DNA of 64,000 nucleotides from Macrostomum lignano (taxonomy: Eukaryota), in contig NIVC01001861.1 of assembly GCA_002269645.1 (NCBI GenBank), positions 1-64,000 on the forward strand. Reading direction: 5' to 3'. The number at the start of each line of letters is the position of its first letter. Position 1 is the stretch's first letter. The translations under genes and the position numbers were made by a program. Under the pieces are notes generated by a model, which did no database searches, was not told the DNA's origin, and was given only the letters and a program-made list of their open reading frames with translations. Shown one piece after another: positions 54,601 through 64,000 of this stretch.

Positions 54601-55549
54601 CCCAGCCAATGCCGCTAGCATTCTCAGCATCGTACGCAGCCAAAACGGGACCCCAGCGTTGGGCCAGCCGAGACAGAAGGTGATTCAATAACGCTGAAGG
54701 ACTGTCAATGCTGCCAGTGTTGGCAGTTACATTAGCAGCCTCAGCCAGCACTGAGGCTGCACTGGCTGCAAAGCTAGCCAATCCAGAATCTGCATAGGCT
54801 TCATCGCTCCAGTCGAGCCATTCGACGCCGAACCGGACCAACTTCAGACAGACAGCATCCCTGTTGGCATTTTTATTGGTCAGAATTTGAATTGCCGAAG
54901 CAAGATGGCTGGCTTCGAACACCACAACAATATTGGCACGCTGGACCAGGCTGCAGACCGTGTCCGCAAGGATGCCGAGTTGGTTTGGCTGAATGGCGGA
55001 GAAAAACAGTGTGGCCAAGGCTGGCTGGCGATCTTTCAAGCGAAGAAAGCGCGGCAATTGAGGCGACGGCGAAGGCGAGGACGATTGAAGGTCGAGCGCT
55101 AGGTGAAGAAGCGACTCGCCGAGTCCCTCGGCGTTGACAGCCAGCCGGCAGCCGGCCAGCAGCTGGCTGCAGAAGTCCGACCAGCGACCGTCGGTGGCAG
55201 CGGCTGAGACGCAGAGAAGCGCGGATTCGTCTTTAACCGAAGTGCTCAACAAGTGAAAATGATGGCTCGGCGTCAGCGGCCTGACCCGGGTGACGACAGT
55301 CCGATGCGGGAATCTGGGATGCCGATAGCGCAGAGAATAATCCCATCCGCCTGGCGGCAGACACATGGAAATTTGGATGCCGAATTGAGTGGCTTCTAGC
55401 AGCCGAATGGAATGGCGACAGTTGCCGCAGCAGACGGTGAGCTCCAGCTGCAGGCCGCTGTAGGAATGCGGCAGGCCGGCCAGCGACGCCTCTGAGGTGG
55501 CGCTTAGGCCGGAGAATTGCAGGTAGAAATTTTGCACCTGCTGCTGAGC
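51601..55549 (-). CDS. Uncharacterised Leu/Ala-rich protein, about 753 aa; exons 55549-54546, 53854-53064, 52715-52529, 51880-51601; no genomic ATG at the 5' end
   Basis: Four GC-rich exons join through GT-AG introns of phases 2, 1, 2 into one open frame of 2262 nt ending in TGA; polyA signal at 51091-51096; no family recognised. Confidence 0.75.
52015..52350. repeat. Degenerate 15 bp repeat (aaatcccaattccca)
   Basis: Last intron of the orphan gene. Confidence 0.8.
52795..53010. repeat. 24 bp minisatellite (ctgtaacaccagctacagacggta)
   Basis: Intron of the orphan gene. Confidence 0.9.
53890..54505. repeat. 22-23 bp minisatellite (tgcctgttccagagtggaaggga)
   Basis: Intron of the orphan gene. 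Confidence 0.92.
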
Positions 55550-55639
55550 CTGGAAATTGTACAGGATTGTGTCATTGTAGCAGCCTTATGCCTCATGCGG
55601 ATCGACCTTACAGCGATCCAAGATTCTCTAGGCGGTCTA

Positions 55640-57540
55640 GGGACAATTCTGTAACGATCTAGGGACCATTCTGTAACGATCTAGGGAGCATTCTGTAACG
55701 ATCTAGGGACCATTCTGTAACGATCTAGGGACCATTCTGTAACGATCTAGGGACCATTCTGTAACGATCTAGGGACCATTCTGTAACGATCTAGGAACCA
55801 TTCTGTAACGATCTAGGGACCATTCTGTAACGATCTAGGGACCATTCTGTAACGATCTAGGGACCATTCTGTAACGATCTAGGGACCATTCTGTAACGAT
55901 CTAGGAACCATTCTGTAAGTGGTCTAGGAACCATTCTGTAACGATTTAGGGACCATTCTGTAAGCGGTTTAGGGACCATTCTGTAAGCGGTCTAGGGACC
56001 ATTCTGTAACGATCTAGGGACCATTCTGCAACGATCTAGGGACCATTCTGTAAGCGGTCTAGGGACCATTCTGTAAGCGGTCTAGGGACCATTCTGTAAC
56101 GATCTAGGGACCATTCTGTAAGCGGTCTAGGGACCATTCTGTAACGATCTAGGGACCATTCTGTAAGCGGTCTGGGGACCATTCTGTAAGCGGTCTAGGG
56201 ACCATTCTGTAACGATCTAGGTACCATTCTGTAAGCGGTCTGGGAACCATTTCTAAGCGTTCTGGGGACCATTATACAAGTGGTCTAGGGACAATTCTGC
56301 AAGCGGTCAGAATGGTCTGGGGATCATTCTCTAAGCAGTCTGGGGACCATTGTCTAAGCGGTCTGGGGACTATTCTCTAAGCGGTCTGGGGATCATTCTC
56401 TAAGCAGTCTGGAGACTAGTCTCTAAGCGGTCTGGAGACTATTCTCTAAGCGGTCTGGAGACTATTCTCTAAGCGGTCTGGAGACTATTCTCTAAGCGGT
56501 CTGGAAACTAGTCTCTAAGCGGTCTGGAGACTAGTCTCTAAGCGGTCTGGAAACTAGTCTCTAAGCGGTCTGGAGACTATTCTCTAAGCGGTCTGGAAAC
56601 TAGTCTCTAAGCGGTCTGGAGACTATTCTCTAAGCGGTCTGGAAACTAGTCTCTAAGCGGTCTGGAGACTATTCTCTAAGCGGTCTGGGGATCATTCTCT
56701 AAGCAGTCTGGAGACTAGTCTCTAAGCGGTCTGGAGACTATTCTCTAAGCGGTCTGGAGACTAGTCTCTAAGCGGTCTGGAGACTATTCTCTAAGCGGTC
56801 TGGAGACTATTCTCTAAGCGGTCTGGAAACTAGTCTCTAAGCGGTCTGGAGACTAGTCTCTAAGCGGTCTGGAGACTATTCTCTAAGCGGTCTGGAAACT
56901 AGTCTCTAAGCGGTCTGGAGACTATTCTCTAAGCGGTCTGGAGACTAGTCTCTAAGCGGTCTGGAGACTATTCTCTAAGCGGTCTGGAGACTATTCTCTA
57001 AGCGGTCTGGAAACTAGTCTCTAAGCGGTCTGGAGACTAGTCTCTAAGCGGTCTGGAGACTATTCTCTAAGCGGTCTGGAAACTAGTCTCTAAGCGGTCT
57101 GGAGACTATTCTCTAAGCGGTCTGGAAACTAGTCTCTAAGCGGTCTGGAGACTAGTCTCTAAGCGGTCTGGAAACTAGTCTCTAAGCGGTCTGGAGACTA
57201 GTCTCTAAGCGGTCTGGAAACTAGTCTCTAAGCGGTCTGGAAACTAGTCTCTAAGCGGTCTGGAGACTATTCTCTAAGCGGTCTGGAAACTAGTCTCTAA
57301 GCGGTCTGGAGACTAGTCTCTAAGCGGTCTGGAGACTATTCTCTAAGCGGTCTGGAAACTAGTCTCTAAGCGGTCTGGAGACTATTCTCTAAGCGGTCTG
57401 GAAACTAGTCTCTAAGCGGTCTGGAGACTAGTCTCTAAGCGGTCTGGAAACTAGTCTCTAAGCGGTCTGGAGACTAGTCTCTAAGCGGTCTGGAGACTAG
57501 TCTCTAAGCGGTCTGGAGACTATTCTCTAAGCGGTCTGGG
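55640..57540. repeat. Compound minisatellite: 22 bp unit (ctagggaccattctgtaacgat) grading into a 23 bp unit (ctggagactattctctaagcggt)
   Basis: Direct observation. Confidence 0.95.
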
Positions 57541-58254
57541 GACCAAATTAATTATTCGTGACGCTATCAATACTTCAATCTGGCAGGCAATAAAAAAACA
57601 GGAATTTGGTAGACAAACACATTGTGTCCGCTATTTGTGCTTGGCACAGTTCTGAACACAACAGCTTGTAATTAATAAAAGTAATTACTAACAACATTGA
57701 CGATAAAATTTTTGGCTACTATGAGAAACAATAATTGAATTAAATACTGGAGCAGTATTGATAACAATTTAACCATAAGTATCTGAGACTACACTATTTT
57801 ACCAGGGTTAAACTTGAGCAATGTTGTCAACATTAACTATTTAATAACATACCCCAGTTAATTGGATACTGCAACGCAATAATAATAATAAGTGATAAGT
57901 TGGTCCTCTTGATCGATTTCACGCGCTTAAAGCGCTACTAACAGTAGAAATCTAAGTGGCATCTGCTAAAATAGCTGAATAAAGCAAAAATAAGATAGTT
58001 AGAAAGACAGTTTTACTGATCTAATTTTCAGAATAATGTTAATAATTGGAAGGCCTTTTAAAAAGGAAATCGGACAAGACAAAATCGCGGCATAGCGATA
58101 AAATTTGACATTTACAACTGAAAGTGGGGTGAATTTGCATTGTGTCGATATATATGTGGATGTATCTATGTAGAGAAATACAAAGATAAGTAGATCAAGA
58201 TAGAGAAAGATAAATAGAGACGGACAGACAGACAGATAGACACGGATAAATGAT

Positions 58255-59445
<1,191 letters not shown>

Positions 59446-59825
59446 CAAGGGTACGCTGTAATACAATAGACACAATGCTGGATCATGCCGCAGTTTTATT
59501 GAATTCATAAGCCCAAATTCTAAACAGTTAAAGTTAATTATAATTGATTTATAAGTCAATCGGCACCGGCCACCAGTATAGCACGCAGTTTAAAAGCCTT
59601 CCTAACAGTTGATAAAATAACTTTTGTAGTCTACGAGGCTAGCAAGGCTGATCACAGGATAAGCCACAAGAGTACAAGCGCTGACCGCACTTGGAGACAG
59701 GTGTAGACTTTTATATGGCAAGGCAAGCTGGTCAATCCAGCTAGTAGGCAATGTCCAATACAGCTGTGCACAAAATCGATAGTCTATGGCCAGCCCCGCT
59801 GACTCCGCTGGCGGCAACGGGGGTT

Positions 59826-62800
59826 TCAATAGTACATGTAATCGTCATCCGAGAACATATAGTGATCATCAGAGTCGCCAAAATAATCAAAGAAGTCGCC
59901 GAAGCCGCCACCGTACATGCTGCTCAGGCTGTCGTCATCGTCGTCATCGTCGCCGTCTCCGTTGTCATCGTCGTCGTCACTGAACCAAGGCGGCAGGCTG
60001 TGGCGCATGCCGAAGCGGAAGCCGAACGGATTGCCGAAATCCGGATCTTCGTCGCTGTCCACCGAGCTGTCATTGTTGGCGTCTGAAGAGTCCAGAACGC
60101 AGTCAACATCAACGCCGAATTCCAGGCGGAGCTGGGCCAGACGCTGGAGAGATCTTCGTCAGCGGCGGAGTCTTCTTCATCATCGGGGAGGCGCTGCTCC
60201 CGCCGCTGCGACCGATTCGAAGCCGGGCGGCCGGAAATCGGTCGAAGCCGTCCGACAGAGCCGCTCGCCTGGCCAGAGCGGCAGCCAGCTGGCCGGGCCT
60301 GGCCAAATCCGGACACTTGGTCAGGTCTAGACTGACGAGAGAGCGACACCTGGCCAGCAGGATTGCCAGGCCGCGAGAGTCTAGCCTCGAGCATCGGACG
60401 GCCAGTAGCTCCTGTAAATTGGCGCGAATTCAAAAAGTTTTATTGACTAGCTTTGTTGCTTGAGTTTCCATTTTTGCTTCCCCTATCATAATAGGCTTTC
60501 TTATTCTAGCCCCTTCCCGAAGTACTAGAGAGCCTCAGCACCGTTCATAGCCAATAGACTTAGTAGACTACTAATACATAGACTTAACAAGTAGTATACT
60601 CGTAAAATTATGGTAGCAAGTAGTATAAAAGCTGCTCTAGTGTCGCGACTATAATGTGCCCTGAACTAACTTCTTTCCCTCTCTCTGTCTGCGTGATTAT
60701 TTTGCTCCCTGCTTCATTGCTTCTTTCTGATTGGCTGCCAGTCTTAGCCTCTCCCTTTCCTTTCTTTCTTGCCTTACATTTATACTCGTGACGTTTATCT
60801 CTTATCCTAAACTTTTATATTCACCCTCCTTATCTCTTCGAACCCCATTCCGTGGCTTCAACCTCCTTATCTCTCCGACCCCATTCCGTGGCTTCAACCT
60901 CCTTATCTCTCCGACCCCCATTCCGTGGCTTCAACCTCCTTATCTCTCCGACCCCCATTCCGTGGCTTCAACCTCCTTATCTCTCCGACCCCCATTCCGT
61001 GGCTTCAACCTCCTTATCTCTCCGACCCCCATTCCGTGGCTTCAACCTCCTTATCTCTCCGACCCCCATTCCGTGGCTTCAACCTCCTTATCTCTCCGAT
61101 CCCCTTCTCGTGGCTTCAACCTCCTTATCTCTACGATCCCCATTCCGTGGCTTCAACCTCCTTATCTCTCCGATCCCCTTCGCGTGGCTTCAATCTCCTT
61201 ATCTCTCCGATCCCCTTCTCGTGGCTTCAACCTCCTTATCTCTCCGATCCCCTTCTCGTGGCTTCAACCTCCTTATCTCTCCGATCCCCTTCTCGTGGCT
61301 TCAACCTCCTTATCTCTCCGATCCCCTTCTCGTGGCTTCAACCTCCTTATCTCTCCGATACCCTTCTCGTGGCTTCAACCTCCTTATCTCTCCGATCTTC
61401 TTCTCGTGGCTTCAACCTCCTTATCTCTCCGATCCCCTTCTCGTGGCTTCAACCTCCTTATCTCTCCGATCCCCTTCTCGTGGCTTCAACCTCCTTATCT
61501 CTCCGATCCCCTTCTCGTGGCTTCAACCTCCTTATCTCTCCGATCCCCTTCTCGTGGCTTCAACCTCCTTATCTCTACGATCCCCATTCCGTGGCTTCAA
61601 CCTCCTTATCTCTCCGATCCCCTTCGCGTGGCTTCAATCTCCTTACCTCTCCAACCCTCATTCCGTGGCTTCAACCTCCTTATCTCTCCAACCCTCATTC
61701 CGTGGCTTCAACCTCCTTATCTCTCCAACCCTCATTCCGTGGCTTCAACCTCCTTATCTCTCCGACCCCCATTCCGTGGCTTCAACCTCCTTATCTCTCC
61801 GACCCCCATTCCGTGGCTTCAACCTCCTTATCTCTCCGATCCCCTTCTCGTGGCTTCAACCTCCTTATCTCTCCGATCCCCTTCTCGTGGCTTCAACCTC
61901 CTTATCTCTACGATCCCCATTCCGTGGCTTCAACCTCCTTATCTCTCCGATCCCCTTCGCGTGGCTTCAATCTCCTTACCTCTCCAACCCTCATTCCGTG
62001 GCTTCAACCTCCTTATCTCTCCAACCCTCATTCCGTGGCTTCAACCTCCTTATCTCTCCAACCCTCATTCCGTGGCTTCAACCTCCTTATCTCTCCGACC
62101 CCCATTCCGTGGCTTCAACCTCCTTATCTCTCCGACCCCCATTCCGTGGCTTCAACCTCCTTATCTCTCCGACCCCCATTCCGTGGCTTTACCAAGGACG
62201 ACTTAAGTAGAAGGACGGGAAACCTCGTTTCTTAGAAAATTTTAGAAGGCAGTTTTTTCCCGAAAAAATACACCACGGAGATAGGAAGTCTTCATTTTTA
62301 AGCACAAAAATTGTTATTGCTTTTGATAGGAACGGCGCCCTCTGATTTTTCCATTAACGCCCTTAAATCATGGGTATTAATGTACTAATGTACGTACAAT
62401 AAAAATAACATAGAATCCTAATTTTCTGAACGAAAAGCTTTACGAGTATGAATATCAATAGAGCAATAAGAAAGGCACAAAATAGCAAAAGATGAACATT
62501 GGATCTGCCTCCTATCAAAAGCAATAACAATTTTTGTGCTGAAAGAATGAAAATTTCTTATCTCCGTGGTGTATTTTTCGGAAAAACATGCCTTCAAAAA
62601 CTTTCTAAGAAACGAGGTTTCCCGTCCTTCTACTTAAGTCGTCCTTGGGCTTTACACTGTTTAGTCGTAAAAGCAGATTTCTGTACTTCCGTAGCACAAT
62701 GTAAGCGTCCAATACTGCATAATACAGAAGCCTTACAAGAATCAGTTTGCTTTTATCTGCTGCATCAGGCAAAGTACCCGTACCTAAAGTACACCTACAG

Positions 62801-64000
62801 AGATATAGAAAAAACAAAAGTACAACTAAGTCCTAAACTAAGATTACCTTTAGCTCTGGCGGCGGCGGCTGTCGTCCGTCAAAGGCGGTGCCGGACGCGT
62901 CTAGGAAGCTCAGGCGGCCGAGGCCCTTCAGCGAGGCGAAGTCTTCATTAGCAAGGCCGGCGCAGTCGGGCAGGTCGAGTCGGCGAAGCTCCGGCAGGCG
63001 GGCGGCGAGGCGGCGAAGGCAGCCGCCGGTCAGGTCGGCCCTGCCGAGATGGAGCGCCTGGAGGCTGGAGCCATTCAGCTGCCAGGTGTCCCAGGCCGGT
63101 GAACTGGCTTCGCCGCTTGCAGGATTCACAGGCCAGTGATCCCAGACTTCGTAGTTCTCAACCTCTTTTGACTGCAGGAAAAAGAGAAGCAGCGAGCTGG
63201 AAAAAATGAGCTGGACAAAAATGACTAAAATTGCAAAACTACTAACAGCTCAGCTGCTCTAACAAATCAAGAATAACAGCAAACTGATAAGAATAAATAA
63301 ATTGGTTAGTAAACTACTTAGCAATGAAAGCCTCTTCAGTGACACCCTCAGCTCAGCTACCCGTTCGATGCGCAGCTCCTCCAGCTTCTCCAGCTTCTCC
63401 CATCCGACTCGGTCGCCGAGCCGCTCAAGCTGCCTCGCCAGCGTCAGCCGAAGCGACACCAGGCCGGAGCCGCAGGCCTCAGCTGCGGCCGTCACAACAG
63501 TCTCGTTCGCCACGTTGGTCAGCGTTAGCTGGCGAAGTCGGCAGTCGGCGATGAAGCAGAAGGCCTCGGCTTTGCGCAGCTGCTGGGCTGGCAGGCTGAG
63601 CTGCTCCAGGTGGCGGCCGCAGCCCCGCATGAGCAGCCAGAGGGCCTGGGGTGGGTAACGAGAAAGGCCACTAGCATTGACAATGACACATTTACATCTA
63701 ACTGCCTTTCTACTTGGCCAATCCGATAGATTGTCCACTTCTGGGCATGACAGGCTACGTTGTTACGGACTGATGTACAATGTTCTGTAATTCCACCCAA
63801 AAAACTCTAATCCAAAAGCCCCTCACAGTTCACCTGGTCGTTGAACCGCTTGACGGCCTGCCGCGAGCTTCTCCGCCAGCCCCTGGGCAGCCGGCTGTCG
63901 GGGTCAGCCAAGTGCAGCACCGTCAGGCACCGCAGACTGTCGCCAGCCAGCAGGCAGTCGAGAGGTGACGGACACACCGGCAGGCGCAGCTCCGTCAGCG
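59826..64000 (-). CDS. F-box/LRR protein, copy B (5' end beyond the window); exons >64000-63834, 63645-63361, 63171-62848, 60411-59826; frameshift(s) near 60150-60190
   Basis: Same exon structure as copy A; exon 2 has 8 differences in 285 nt; acidic tail DSDEDPDFGNPF..DDDDD..MYY*. Confidence 0.85.
60835..62190. repeat. About 37 bp minisatellite (gacccccattccgtggcttcaacctccttatctctcc), last intron of F-box copy B
   Basis: Direct observation. Confidence 0.95.
62192..62648. mobile_element. Foldback MITE, same family as 34970-35655
   Basis: TIR ccaaggacgacttaagtagaaggacgggaaacctcgtttcttagaaa / tttctaagaaacgaggtttcccgtccttctacttaagtcgtccttgg; gcttta on both flanks may be a TSD. Confidence 0.88.

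Noticed and set aside
60731-62235. Three overlapping 436-491 aa ORFs
   Set aside because: 37-bp minisatellite lacking stop codons, located in an intron

Overview
Eukaryotic (metazoan) genomic DNA with GT-AG spliced, CpG-rich exons separated by introns and spacers filled with different minisatellites. This style suggests a flatworm such as Macrostomum (inference, not verified). On the + strand are V-ATPase subunit c'' (ATP6V0B) and BBS1. On the - strand are FBXL4, an 88-aa secreted precursor with an acidic propiece and a strongly cationic, probably amidated peptide (candidate new antimicrobial peptide), an F-type lectin exon and a selectin-like receptor (C-type lectin + 4 sushi + TM). A co-oriented run follows: F-box/LRR copy B, an orphan gene, F-box/LRR copy A, dCMP deaminase and a NEPRO/Rmp1-like gene. 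Four genes of this run have their first coding exon starting in phase 0 right after a splice acceptor; for DCTD and the NEPRO-like gene the first in-frame Met lies inside conserved sequence. This fits an operon resolved by trans-splicing, with the spliced leader supplying the start codon. MITEs, tRNA-derived SINEs, a Merlin-like remnant and CpG-depleted blocks are also present. Single-base frameshifts in three genes may be long-read errors. Exon models were built by hand and homologies are from memory, not database searches.
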